Assembly (NCBI GenBank): GCA_963768655.1
Contig: CAVYIM010000004.1
Location: 192,001 to 256,000 of the forward strand
Length of the DNA: 64,000 nt
Direction: 5' to 3'
From: an uncultured Chloroflexia bacterium
Lineage (GTDB): Bacteria; Chloroflexota; Limnocylindria; Limnocylindrales; CSP1-4
Translations under genes and position numbers: made by a program
Notes under the pieces: generated by a model
What the model was told of the DNA's origin: nothing
Database searches by the model: none
The model's input: the letters and a program-made list of their open reading frames with translations, nothing else
In this document: piece after piece, positions 19,846 through 30,001 of the stretch
Layout of the letters: each line of letters starts with the position of its first letter
How positions within the stretch are numbered: the first letter of the stretch is position 1

Positions 19846-20535
19846 GCGTGCGGCGCCTGCGCGTTCCGCTCGTCCTGACGCTGGCAGTTGCAGCGCTGCT
19901 GGCCCAGGCTGGAATCCAGCCTTGCGCTCTTCACTGAGTCGCAGGCCGCGGCCGCGAACACGTTCGCCGCCGGGACCTGGGCCTTCTACCTGCACAACAA
20001 CCCGACTCCGCCGACCGCCAACACGACGGCCCAGGTCAACCTGGTCATGAACTCGACCGTCCCGACCGCAGCGACGCTCTATCAGTACTCGACCAACTGC
20101 TCCGCCCATGCGGGACGGCGCCTGACCCGTGCCGCGCCCAGTCCCACCCAGGCGACTGTGTGCGATTACGAGAACTGGCGCACCGCGGCGCTCACGGTGC
20201 CCGTGATTCTGAGCGGCGCGATCACGGTCGACATCTGGACGGCCTCCGACACCGGCACCGCCAACCGGACGGCCGGCATCGTGGCCTATCTGCGCGACTT
20301 CAACCCCGCCGGAGCGGGCACCTATACGGAGATCGCGAACGGCCTGTACACGACGACCTACGTGACTGGCCGGACCTTCTACCACTACCCGATCACCGTG
20401 ACGGTGGCCACGGCGTACACGCTGCCCGTGGGTCACCAGCTCGAGTTGAAGCTGGTCGCATCCAACGCCTATCAGGCCGCCGTCCTGGTCGCCTACGACA
20501 CGACGACCTACTCGTCGTTCTTGAGAATCCGGTAG
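19842..20535 (+). pseudogene. Second SipW-substrate protein split by a +1 frameshift near 19911-19915
   Basis: ATG 19842 gives signal peptide MSVRRLRVPLVLTLAVAALLAQAG then a stop; the +1 frame continues SSLALFTES..NTFAAGTW. Confidence 0.7.
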
Positions 20536-20727
20536 GTCGGGGTTAGCCGCGCCACTCGCCAAAGAAGGCCCCGCCGATGCCGGAGCCTTCGGAGCTCCGG
20601 GGTAGGCCGTCGCGTGCGACGGCCGGGTGAAGTCTGCGTCGGGATCGCGTCAGGTCATGCCGGACGCGAGGCCGAAAGTCGTAACCTGAATCAGGCCGCA
20701 GGAGAGCGGCCCAAGGCGAGGTGACGT

Positions 20728-22413
20728 GTGAGCGGTAGCACCGTCTCGGGCGAGGTCGAGGCCGTTCGCCGGCGCGCGGCGGACCTGGCGGCGCGACTCT
20801 CGCCGCCGGCGCGCCGCTCGGCCACGATCGCCCAGGAACGTGCGCTCCTGCGCATGGTCGGAGTGGACGGCCTGGATCGGGCCGGTCATCCGCTGGCGGC
20901 GACGATGGCGGAGCGGTACTGCAGCTCCGATCGGGACCGGCTGGCCAGAGGCGTGATCCTGCCGTTCGCCGTGGCCCTGCTCGAGTACGACCTGTCCGCT
21001 CGAGACCTCGGGCTCGAGGTGGCGTCCGGCGCGATCGACCTCGGACTCGAGGCCGAGCTCCTGGACCGACCCGGGCGACTGGCCGCCGCGGAGGCGCACG
21101 CGACGCGGCTGCTGGCCGCGGCGCTGGCCCGTTTCGACGCCAACCGGACCGCTACCCGGGAGATGCGCGACGTACTGGGGCTCGCCGGCGAGCCCTGGCT
21201 GGGCCTCGCCCTGAACGCGGTCGAGGTTGGGCCCGCCGCCGAGGAGACGAAGGTGCTCGTCGGGGAGGGCGCCGACGTAGTCCAAATTCGAGTGCCTGCC
21301 AGCTGGGAGTTCGCCGAGGCCCGGCGGCATGCGGGCCTGGAGACACCCTGGCTGTTCGAGGGAGCCGGACGGAGCGGCAAGGACGGCCGGAGATCGGGCG
21401 CGCGCGGGTCCGTCGGGCGACTGACCCGGGCTCGCGGCGGGCGAGGTCGGCAGGCGCCGCCGCAGCGGTTCGAGCGCGACCTCGTCCCGGCCGGCAGCCA
21501 GCGGGGTCTGGCCGCGCTCCGGAAGGCGGCCGACGACGCGGCCGCGGAACGCGGCTGCTACGCCAGCCTGATGACGGTCACCTCCGCCTTCGCCGCGCCC
21601 GAGCAGGCCGTCGTGGCAGCCTTCGAGCGAATCGACCTGGTCGAGGCCGATCCGATCCGCGAGATCGTCGAGGAGAACGTCGATCCGGAGCGCGCCCTGG
21701 CGGACCACGCCTTTGCGCACTGGCTTCACGCCCGGGCCGGCTGCCGCGTCGTGATGGGGCCCGGGCCGCTGGCGCTCGGCGCCGACGTGGCCAGCGGCAT
21801 TCCTTCCGACGCCGCGACGCGGGCCGGCCGAGCCCTGGCTCTTCAGGCCCTGGGCGTCGAGCTCGCCCTCGCCGACGGTCTGGCCGCGGACCGACTTATG
21901 CTGGGCGCGGTGCCGGACTGGGTCGGCGGCGCGGAGTGGGTCGCCGGCGAGAGTGACTCACGCGCGATCCTGGTTCAGGCATGGCTGCGGAGCCTGGTCT
22001 TTCCCGGGCACCGTCTGGTCGTCGGCGAGCCACGGGCGGAGAGCCAGCCAAACTGCCGAACCTCGGCCCTGATTGCGGCGCTCTCGGGGGCCGCGGCGTC
22101 ACTTGTGGTCCGGGATCGGGCCGGAGGCGGCGTCTCCGAGTCGGCCGCGGACCTTGGAGCCGCCGCTTCGACGGCCGCGGCCCTGCGGGCGGCTCTGGGT
22201 GACGGCGCGTTGCACGGAGAGGCGGCGGAGCTGGCGCTTCGGACGTTGCGCGCCGCGAACTCGGCCCTGGAGCGTCTCGGCGGCGAGGGGTGGGGGAGTC
22301 TCATCGGGCCCGCCGGACGTGGCCACGAGGCCGAGAGATTCGGCCGCGGCGCGGTAGTCGAGCGCGCCACGGGCCCCACTTCGAGCGCCAGGCTCCTGGC
22401 GGCCCTGACCTGA
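20728..22413 (+). CDS. Divergent lysine 5,6-aminomutase alpha-subunit (KamD)-like protein
   Basis: TIAQERALLRMVGVDG and TSAFAAPEQAVVAAFERIDLVEADP..NVDPERALAD resemble KamD TVTVERT..RLLGIDG and CSGLCMPEIA..ERLD.MLND..DINM.RT..D (from memory). Confidence 0.65.
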   Translation: MSGSTVSGEVEAVRRRAADLAARLSPPARRSATIAQERALLRMVGVDGLDRAGHPLAATMAERYCSSDRDRLARGVILPFAVALLEYDLSARDLGLEVASGAIDLGLEAELLDRPGRLAAAEAHATRLLAAALARFDANRTATREMRDVLGLAGEPWLGLALNAVEVGPAAEETKVLVGEGADVVQIRVPASWEFAEARRHAGLETPWLFEGAGRSGKDGRRSGARGSVGRLTRARGGRGRQAPPQRFERDLVPAGSQRGLAALRKAADDAAAERGCYASLMTVTSAFAAPEQAVVAAFERIDLVEADPIREIVEENVDPERALADHAFAHWLHARAGCRVVMGPGPLALGADVASGIPSDAATRAGRALALQALGVELALADGLAADRLMLGAVPDWVGGAEWVAGESDSRAILVQAWLRSLVFPGHRLVVGEPRAESQPNCRTSALIAALSGAAASLVVRDRAGGGVSESAADLGAAASTAAALRAALGDGALHGEAAELALRTLRAANSALERLGGEGWGSLIGPAGRGHEAERFGRGAVVERATGPTSSARLLAALT

Positions 22414-22611
22414 CCGAGTCGGGACGTGCCGGCGTCTGCGCGCGTCGGCGTCGGCGCGGCAGATCGCCGGGCCCATGAGCCGCGGCACGCGCCGGCATCC
22501 CTCCTCGCGGTCGAACCCGGTGCTAGGATGGCCGGCGGGACGGGAGCGAGCGCAGAGGAGAGACAACTGAGCAGTTCGAACGAGCGCACGGTCGCGCTCG
22601 GAGGGCGCCAT

Positions 22612-23502
22612 GTGCCGGCCGTTGTGGTCGCCGGGCTGGTCGCCCTCGCGGCAGCCTGGCTCGCCATCGTGTACTTCGCCGAACCGTGGGGCCAGTCCGC
22701 TCTGCCGTCCGGAATGGACGCCCGCTGCTACTGGGTGCCGAGCCTCTCGAACCCGTACCTCCAATCGACCTGGGGCGAGCAGATCGCATACCCGTACTCG
22801 CCCGCCTTCCTGCAAATCCTGCAGCCGATCCGGCTGCTTCCCTGGCAGCTGTTCATGGCCGTCTGGGCCGCGATCCTGATGGCCGCGATGGTCTACCTGA
22901 CCGGCCCACGCCTGATCTTGCTCGGTCTGGCCTTCTTCGGGCTGATGGAGATCTGGGGCGGCAACATCGAGTTGTTGATCGCCGTGGCGATCGTCCTCGG
23001 GTTCCGCTGGCCGGCGACCTGGGCCTTCGTGCTGCTCACCAAGATCACGCCCGGCGTCGGCCTGCTCTGGTTCGCGGTCCGGAGAGAGTGGCGCGCCCTG
23101 GCGATCGCCATGGCCGCGACCGTGGCGGTCGTGGCCGTTTCGGCGGCGATCCAGCCGAATGCGTGGCTGGCGTGGCGCGACGTCCTGGTTTCGAACGCCG
23201 GCAAGAACGGGACGTGGGCGGCGGTCCCGGTCCCGTTCGCGGTGCGCTTCCCGCTCGCCGTGGTGCTGGTCGTATGGGGCGCGCGGACGAACCACCGCTG
23301 GACGGTGCCCGTGTCGGCGATGCTCGCCCTCCCGGCGCTCTGGTACGGCGGCCTGAGCATCATGCTCGCCACTCTGCCGCTGCTGGGGGCGCGGACGTGG
23401 GGTGACGTGCGCCACGTGCTGAGCAGCGGGTGGTCGGAACTTGCCGCCGACATCCAACACTTGCCCCGACCCTTCGGCCGCCGCTCCGCGCCGATCAGTT
23501 GA
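22612..23502 (+). CDS. GT87/DUF2029-like membrane glycosyltransferase, paralog of 5255-6259 (start may be CTG 22567)
   Basis: GMDARCYW, YPYSPAF, GNIELL, LTKITPG. Confidence 0.75.
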   Translation: MPAVVVAGLVALAAAWLAIVYFAEPWGQSALPSGMDARCYWVPSLSNPYLQSTWGEQIAYPYSPAFLQILQPIRLLPWQLFMAVWAAILMAAMVYLTGPRLILLGLAFFGLMEIWGGNIELLIAVAIVLGFRWPATWAFVLLTKITPGVGLLWFAVRREWRALAIAMAATVAVVAVSAAIQPNAWLAWRDVLVSNAGKNGTWAAVPVPFAVRFPLAVVLVVWGARTNHRWTVPVSAMLALPALWYGGLSIMLATLPLLGARTWGDVRHVLSSGWSELAADIQHLPRPFGRRSAPIS

Positions 23503-23943
23503 GCGGAGGCGGCGCCGGGCCGGCCGCTGGGGCGGCCGCCGGGGTCCGCGTGCCGGCCCTCCCGCGCACTGCCCGCCTCACGCCCTTCCCAATGCCCATC
23601 AGGCGGACATTCGGCAGGGTGTTTGGCCGCCGGGCGAGGCCGGGAAGCCGGGGACGGCCCCAAACCACGCCGGTTCGGCCGCAATTGCCGTCGAAACCGG
23701 TCGTGTCGAGACTCAGGACGGTCGCTGGGCGGTCGAGAGGTGGGCCGCGAGGCCTCTGCAACCGCCTCGAACGCCCGGCCCTTGCCCGATGTCCTCGTGA
23801 TGGGAGATCGGAAGATGGGCGATCGACCCACGTCGGCTCGGGTCGCTCCACCCTCACCCCATCGCCGCCGCCGAGCGCATGCCCCGGCCTTGCTCGTACG
23901 ATAGACGGCAATAGCGGTCAAACGCATCAAGGAGGAGAACCAA

Positions 23944-24618
23944 GTGCCCGAACCTTCTCCGTTGCCGGTCCGCCCCAACGCCTGGCCGACGCTTCATGTG
24001 TCGCGGCATCCCGCGATCCTCCACAAGCTGCGGATCCTGCGGGACGAAAAGACCGAGCCCAAGAAGTTCCGCGAGGTCGTCCGCGAGCTGTCGTGGCTGC
24101 TCGGCTATGAGGCCCTGGCCGACGTCGAGGTCCGCCCTCTCACGGTCACCACGCCGCTCGAGACGACCGACGCCCACGAGCTCGGCGTGCGCATCGGTCT
24201 CGTGCCGATCCTGCGGGCGGGCCTGGGCATGGTCGACGCCATGCTCGAGCTGATGCCCACGGCCGAGGTCTGGCACCTGGGCCTCTTCCGCGACGAGCGC
24301 ACGCTCCGGCCGGTCGAGTACTACAACAAGCTGCCGGATTCAGCGACTGTGGACCTGTGCCTGATCCTGGACCCGATGCTCGCGACCGGCGGATCGGCCA
24401 CGGCTGCGATCGAGGTCCTCAAGCGCTGGGGCGCGACGCGGATCAAGCTCGTCAACCTGATCGTGGCGCCCGAAGGGCTCGACGCGGTGACGGCGGCCCA
24501 CCCCGACGTCGAGATCTACTGCGCCGCCGTGGACCGCCAGCTCAACGAGCACGGCTACATCATGCCGGGCCTGGGCGACGCCGGCGACCGCCAGTTCGGG
24601 ACCGGCCGGCCCAGCTGA
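23944..24618 (+). CDS. upp: Uracil phosphoribosyltransferase
   Basis: [38 protein letters not shown]; GGAGG RBS. Confidence 0.97.
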   Translation: MPEPSPLPVRPNAWPTLHVSRHPAILHKLRILRDEKTEPKKFREVVRELSWLLGYEALADVEVRPLTVTTPLETTDAHELGVRIGLVPILRAGLGMVDAMLELMPTAEVWHLGLFRDERTLRPVEYYNKLPDSATVDLCLILDPMLATGGSATAAIEVLKRWGATRIKLVNLIVAPEGLDAVTAAHPDVEIYCAAVDRQLNEHGYIMPGLGDAGDRQFGTGRPS

Positions 24619-24687
24619 CCTCAGTTCCTCGCCAACGAGAAGCGGGCGGCCTTCCGGCCGCCCGCTTCGATTCTGCGAGGGGTCTGG

Positions 24688-26025
24688 TCAGGAGGCCGCG
24701 GCCGGCGCCTCCGACTTGGCGCCCATGCCGAACTTGTTGAGGATCTGGTAGAGCAGCAGCGCGCCGATGCACGCTGTGCCGATACCGCCGATGGAGAAGT
24801 CGCCCTGGGTGATGGTGAGGTTGCCGGCGCCGAGCGTCAGGGCGACGGCGGCCGTGATGAAGTTCTTGTTGTCGGTGAAGTCGACCTTGTTCTCGACCCA
24901 GATCCGCGCACCGGTGGTGGCGATCAGGCCGAACAGGACGATGGCCATGCCGCCGAGAACGGCCTGCGGGATGGAGAGCACGAGTGCTCCGAACATCGGC
25001 GAGAAGCCGAGAAGGACGGCCACGACGGCCGCGATCACGAACACCAGGCTGGAGTAGATCTTGGTCACGCCCATGACGCCGATGTTCTCGGCGTAGGTTG
25101 TGACGCCTGTGCCACCGCCCGAACCGGAGACCATGGTCGCCACGCCATCGGCCAGGAAGGCACGCCCGATGTACGGATCCAGGTTGCGGCCGGTCATTGT
25201 CGCGACGGCCTTGATATGGCCCAGGTTCTCAGCCACGAGCACGATCGCGACGGGGACGATCAGGGTGATGGCATGGGTGTCGAACTGTGGCGTGGCCAGC
25301 GCGGGCCAGCCGACGAGGGAGGCCTTGCCGATCGAGTCGAGATTGATGTAGGGGCCGCCCAGATGCAGGATGTTCGAAAGCAGGCCGTACAGAAGGTAGC
25401 CGAACACGCCGCCGATGAGGATCGGTAGGCGGCGCGTCACTCCGGGGCCGTACACAGCGACGACGGCCACCGCAAGCGCGGTGATGAGGCCGACGAGGAT
25501 GCCGAAGTTGTCTCCCGCCGCGCGTCCGCTGGTCATGTATCCGACCCCGGATTGGGCAAGGTTCAGGCCGACGACCGCGACGACCGCACCGGTCACGATC
25601 GGGGGCATCAGGAACTCGACCCACTTGTACCCGACCGCCATGACGATCAGGCCGATCACGGCGTAGACCGCACCGCAGGCGACGATGCCGCCCAGGGCGA
25701 CGGCGATGTTGTGGCCGCCGCCGATGGCCTCAGCCGACAAGACGACGGCGATGAACGAGAAGCTCGAGCCGAGGTAGCTCGGGACGCGGCCGCGGACGAA
25801 GACGAAGAAGATCAGCGTCCCGATGCCAGAGAAGAAGATGGCCGTGTTGGGGTTGAAACCCATGAGGATCGGCGCCAGCACCGTCGCCCCGAACATGGCG
25901 AAGATGTGCTGGATGCCCAACGCCACAGACTGCCCGGCCGGCGGCCGCTCGTCCGGGGCGATGATGCCTTCCCGTTTGACGGTCCACTGGAACATGCCCC
26001 GGACGTATTCGATGGCAGCAGCCAT
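24688..26025 (-). CDS. Uracil/pyrimidine permease (NCS2, UraA/RutG-like)
   Basis: QHIFAMFGAT, PSYLGSSF, TTYAENIGV signature. Confidence 0.93.
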   Translation of the reverse strand: MAAAIEYVRGMFQWTVKREGIIAPDERPPAGQSVALGIQHIFAMFGATVLAPILMGFNPNTAIFFSGIGTLIFFVFVRGRVPSYLGSSFSFIAVVLSAEAIGGGHNIAVALGGIVACGAVYAVIGLIVMAVGYKWVEFLMPPIVTGAVVAVVGLNLAQSGVGYMTSGRAAGDNFGILVGLITALAVAVVAVYGPGVTRRLPILIGGVFGYLLYGLLSNILHLGGPYINLDSIGKASLVGWPALATPQFDTHAITLIVPVAIVLVAENLGHIKAVATMTGRNLDPYIGRAFLADGVATMVSGSGGGTGVTTYAENIGVMGVTKIYSSLVFVIAAVVAVLLGFSPMFGALVLSIPQAVLGGMAIVLFGLIATTGARIWVENKVDFTDNKNFITAAVALTLGAGNLTITQGDFSIGGIGTACIGALLLYQILNKFGMGAKSEAPAAAS

Positions 26026-26332
26026 GAGCGACCTCCTCCGACCTAAGAGCTCTCCGCCGGGCGTGACGGTCCCATGTCACCAGGGCACCCGGGCGTCCGA
26101 CAAGCGTCGCAAATGGGGCCGGCTCGCGCGTGCCCGCTGCGCAGCCTTGTGTGGGTAACCGGTGGGCAACTCGAGGGTTCGTCCCCATGTGCCACATCGC
26201 GCCGCGACTCGACCCATCGCCGCGTGACCCAGCGCGCCCGGGCTGGCAATATACGATCAGGCAGGCCGCGCCGCGGGGTCATGGACTGGGCATTGGATCG
26301 CGGCCACCCGAACAGCCAGGCATCGGAGCCAC

Positions 26333-29071
26333 ATGACTACCCGGCCGTCTGCACCTCAGCCATCTCCGACTCCTCAGGCATCTGCGGCCCCGCCGGTCGA
26401 CGCGACAGCGTCCGGCGGCCTGACCTCGGCCGAGGCGGCCCAACGACTCCGCCAGGACGGCCCCAACGCCCTCGGCAGCGAGGGCCGTCGCGGACCTCTG
26501 GCCGTCCTGATCAGCCAGTTCGCCAGTCCGCTGGTCCTGATTCTCGTGGCCGCCAGCGTGGTCAGCGTGGTCGTCGGCGATCGCGTCGAGGCCGGCATCA
26601 TCCTGGCCATCGTCGTGATGAGCGCGCTCCTGGGCTTCGTCCAGGAAGCCCGCTCGGAGGCGGCCGTGGCCGCGCTCCAGGCTCGCCTGGCGTTGCGCGC
26701 GACGGTGCTCAGAGACGGGAAGCGGCAGGAGATTCCCATTCACGACGTCGTCCGAGGCGACGTGGTGATACTCGGCGCGGGCGACATCGTGCCGGCGGAC
26801 GCTCGCGTGCTCGACGCCAATCACCTGTTCATCGACGAGTCGTCGTTGACGGGCGAGTCTGCCGCCGCGCTCAAGACCCCTCGGCCTGGACAGCTCGATC
26901 CAGACAAGGAAGATGACCGGGCCGGGCTGGCCTTCTTCGGGACGAGCGTGGTGAGCGGCACTGGAACGGCCCTCGTCACGGCCACGGGCGCGAGGACCAG
27001 CTACGGGACAATCGCCCACAGGCTCGCCGAACGGGCGCCCGAGACCGACTTCCAGCACGGCGTCCGCGCCTTCAGTCTGCTGATCGGCCGGGTCACGCTA
27101 ATCCTCGTGGTCGGCGTGGTCGCCATCAACATTGCCCGGGGGCGACCGCTGTTCGACGCGTTGCTGTTCTCCATTGCCCTGGCTGTCGGCCTGACGCCTG
27201 AGCTGCTGCCGGCCATCGTCACGCTCAACCTGACCCGCGGAGCGCGCGCCCTGACCGCACACGGCGTCCTGGTCAAGCGCCTGCCGGCGATACAGAACCT
27301 GGGCAGCGTCACCGTCCTCTGCACCGACAAGACGGGCACGCTGACGCTCGGCAAGCTCGAGCTGGTGAAGGCCGTCGGCATCGACAAGGATGACGCGGGG
27401 GAGGCGTCTCGGGCCCTCGAGCTGGCTTACTTGAACAGCTACTTCGAGTCGAGCTTCCAGAATCCGCTCGACACCGCGGTGCTGGCAAGCGCCCCCAAGC
27501 CGGATGACCTGGCAAAGTACCGAAAGCTTGCGGAGCTGCCCTACGACTTCAACCGGCGGATGCTCAGCGTGGTTGTCCAGCGCGGCAGCGAGCCGCCGAT
27601 CCTGGTGACCAAGGGCGCACCCGAAGCGGTCGTGGTGGCATCGAGCACCGTCCGGGAGGACCACACGGCACGGGCCATCCACAAGGCCGAGCACGATCGC
27701 CTGGCGAAGCTCGTCAACGGTTCGTCCGCCGACGGCTTCCGTCTCGTCGCCGTGGGCTCGAGGGTGCTGAGGCCCGACGAGCTTACCGGTCTGCCGCCCG
27801 CGGATACCGTCTCGACCGCCCCGGCGCCGGCCTCGACGGCGACACCGGCTTCGGCCGCGAGCGCCCCCACCCCGACTCCGGTCGGCCTCGCGGACGCTTC
27901 CCGGCTGGAGCGCGACCTCACCTTCGAGGGCGTCATCCTCTTTTCCGACCCGCCCAAGCCGGACGTCGGTGCGGCGATCGCCTCGCTCGCGGCCCAGGGG
28001 ATCGCCCTCAAGATCATCACCGGCGACAACGACCTCGTGGCCCGCCACGTGGCTGGTCTTGTCGGTCTCGAGGTCGACAAAGTCCTGACCGGCGATCAGA
28101 TGCGCAAGCTGACCCACCCGGCGCTGGTGGCCCGGGCGCCCCGCACCACGATCTTCGCGCGCGTCGATCCCGACCAGAAGCTCGAGGTCATCCGCGCCCT
28201 GCGTGAGTCGGGGCACGTGGTCGGCTACATGGGCGACGGCATCAACGACGCCCCGGCGTTGCACGTGGCGGACGTGGGGATCAGCGTCGACAACGCCACA
28301 GATGTCGCCCGTTCCGCGGCCGACATCATCCTCCTGGAGCCGAGCCTGGCGGCCATCAGCCAGGGCGTGACGGAGGGCCGCCGCACCTTCGCCAACACCC
28401 TCAAGTACATCCGGATGGGGACCAGCTCGAACTTCGGCAACATGATCAGCATGGCCGGAGCCGCACTCGTGCTGCCGTATCTGCCCATGTTGCCCAGCCA
28501 GATCCTGCTCAACAACCTCATCTACGACGCATCCCAGACGGCGATCCCGACGGACAACGTGGATGCGGATGTGCAGGCTGAGCCGGCCCGCTGGGACGTC
28601 CATGCCATCGAACGCTTCATGGTCGTCTTCGGGCCGATCTCGTCGATCTTCGACTACATCACCTTCGGCGCGCTGCTCCTGATGCTCGGCACCGACGCCA
28701 AGAACCAGGGCTCGTTCCAGGCCGGCTGGTTCATCGAGTCCCTGTTCACCCAGATCCTGGTGGTGCTGGTCATCCGAACGCGCATGTCGCCGTTCTGGCT
28801 CAGCCGGCCGAGCAAGCAGCTGGGAGCGGCCATCGTGGTGGCACTTGCCGCGGCGGTGATCATCACGCTGAGCCCGCTCGGGTCCGACCTGCTCTCCTTC
28901 GGTGCGCTGCCGTGGCAGTTCTGGCCGCTGCTGGTCGTCCTCGTGGTCGCCTACCTGACCCTCATCGAGATCGCCAAGCGCATCTTCGACCGGCGCGAGG
29001 CGCGGCGACCGGAGGCGGTCGCCCGTCAGAAGGCCAGGACGTTCCTGCGGCCGAGCGCTTCGAGCCAGTAG
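26333..29071 (+). CDS. mgtA: Magnesium-translocating P-type ATPase
   Basis: LTGES, AVGLTPELLP, DKTGTLT, TGDN, GDGINDAP, SSNFGN. Confidence 0.92.
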   Translation: MTTRPSAPQPSPTPQASAAPPVDATASGGLTSAEAAQRLRQDGPNALGSEGRRGPLAVLISQFASPLVLILVAASVVSVVVGDRVEAGIILAIVVMSALLGFVQEARSEAAVAALQARLALRATVLRDGKRQEIPIHDVVRGDVVILGAGDIVPADARVLDANHLFIDESSLTGESAAALKTPRPGQLDPDKEDDRAGLAFFGTSVVSGTGTALVTATGARTSYGTIAHRLAERAPETDFQHGVRAFSLLIGRVTLILVVGVVAINIARGRPLFDALLFSIALAVGLTPELLPAIVTLNLTRGARALTAHGVLVKRLPAIQNLGSVTVLCTDKTGTLTLGKLELVKAVGIDKDDAGEASRALELAYLNSYFESSFQNPLDTAVLASAPKPDDLAKYRKLAELPYDFNRRMLSVVVQRGSEPPILVTKGAPEAVVVASSTVREDHTARAIHKAEHDRLAKLVNGSSADGFRLVAVGSRVLRPDELTGLPPADTVSTAPAPASTATPASAASAPTPTPVGLADASRLERDLTFEGVILFSDPPKPDVGAAIASLAAQGIALKIITGDNDLVARHVAGLVGLEVDKVLTGDQMRKLTHPALVARAPRTTIFARVDPDQKLEVIRALRESGHVVGYMGDGINDAPALHVADVGISVDNATDVARSAADIILLEPSLAAISQGVTEGRRTFANTLKYIRMGTSSNFGNMISMAGAALVLPYLPMLPSQILLNNLIYDASQTAIPTDNVDADVQAEPARWDVHAIERFMVVFGPISSIFDYITFGALLLMLGTDAKNQGSFQAGWFIESLFTQILVVLVIRTRMSPFWLSRPSKQLGAAIVVALAAAVIITLSPLGSDLLSFGALPWQFWPLLVVLVVAYLTLIEIAKRIFDRREARRPEAVARQKARTFLRPSASSQ

Positions 29072-29970
29072 TCGACGGAGGCGGCCAGGTCGTCGAGGAC
29101 GCCGGCATCGTCCTGCTCGAATGGCGGGATTATCTCGAGGATCAAGGCCACCTCCTCGACGCCGCCCTCGCCCAGGGCGTCGATCACGCGATCGGCGTCG
29201 ATGCGGCCGCGCACGTTCGCCGCCGCCGTGAACGGCCAGTGGTGGTCGCCCTCGGCGTCCGACTGCTGGAGCTGGATCTCGAAGGCCTCCCGACCGAGCT
29301 CCCGCAACCAGGTATACGGATCGCGGTCGGCTCCCGACGTGCCGGCGACGCACATGTGCCCGACGTCCAGCGCGAGCCGGATCGGAACGTGGCCAGCGTC
29401 TCCCTGAGTCAAGAGGTCCTGGATCATGGCCATGGTCGATGGCTCGCGGGCTGCGGCCAGGTTCTCGACCATGAGCGCTGTCTGACCGTGGGCGTGCGCC
29501 TCGGCGGCGAGCTCACGCAGGGAGGCGCGGAGTCCCTCCCATCGCTCCGTTCGCCGGGCTGAATCGTGCCAGTCGCTCACCGAGAGGGCTCCGACGTGCC
29601 CGCCCGTCGCTACTGCGCCGACGCCCTCGCTGAAGAGGATCGCCCGGCCGAACCAATCCCTGGCCCGGGCGCGCTCGTCGGGGCTGGGGCTTAGCAGCAG
29701 GTTCGACGAATAGGCGGCGAGGCCAGTGAAAGTCGAACGGACCGTCAGGCCCGATTGTTGGGCGGCGGCCGTCACCTCGGCGGCCGTCACCTCGGCGGCC
29801 GTCACCTCGGCGGCCAGGGCCGGGATCGAGCCGTCGGCAAGGTCGACCAGGTCGAACGAATGCTCGACCAGCCGCAGGCCGAGCCCGTCTCGGACGATCG
29901 GTGCCCAATCGGCCGGGCGGGGCCAGCGCTTGACCGCGAAGCAGGTGTTGATCCCGAGCTCGAGTTGCAT
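29026..29970 (-). CDS. Xylose-isomerase-like TIM-barrel sugar-phosphate epimerase (EryC/erythrulose-1-phosphate 3-epimerase-like)
   Basis: GINTCFAVKRWP, MVEN, LDVGH, LQQSD...DHHWPF, LEI. Confidence 0.7.
   Translation of the reverse strand: MQLELGINTCFAVKRWPRPADWAPIVRDGLGLRLVEHSFDLVDLADGSIPALAAEVTAAEVTAAEVTAAAQQSGLTVRSTFTGLAAYSSNLLLSPSPDERARARDWFGRAILFSEGVGAVATGGHVGALSVSDWHDSARRTERWEGLRASLRELAAEAHAHGQTALMVENLAAAREPSTMAMIQDLLTQGDAGHVPIRLALDVGHMCVAGTSGADRDPYTWLRELGREAFEIQLQQSDAEGDHHWPFTAAANVRGRIDADRVIDALGEGGVEEVALILEIIPPFEQDDAGVLDDLAASVDYWLEALGRRNVLAF
29765..29815 (-). repeat. In-frame 15-bp tandem repeat (AAEVT x3)
   Basis: gccgtcacctcggcg x3. Confidence 0.9.
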
Positions 29971-30001
29971 CTTCGAACTCCGTTCTCTGGGTTCATGGCC
30001 G

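Noticed and set aside
20575-20720. Structured RNA or lysine/B12 riboswitch upstream of the KamD-like gene
   Set aside because: Several GC hairpins but no recognisable riboswitch consensus; most simply terminators of the upstream operon
22555-22569. Non-canonical CTG start for the second GT87-like gene
   Set aside because: GAGGAG precedes CTG 22567, but GTG 22612 has an equally good GGAGG; cannot be decided from sequence
26026-26332. PyrR site for the uracil permease or M-box/leader for mgtA
   Set aside because: No convincing consensus or terminator seen on either strand
29026-29071. 46-nt tail-to-tail overlap of mgtA and the epimerase as antisense regulation
   Set aside because: Short convergent overlaps are common in GC-rich genomes; no further support
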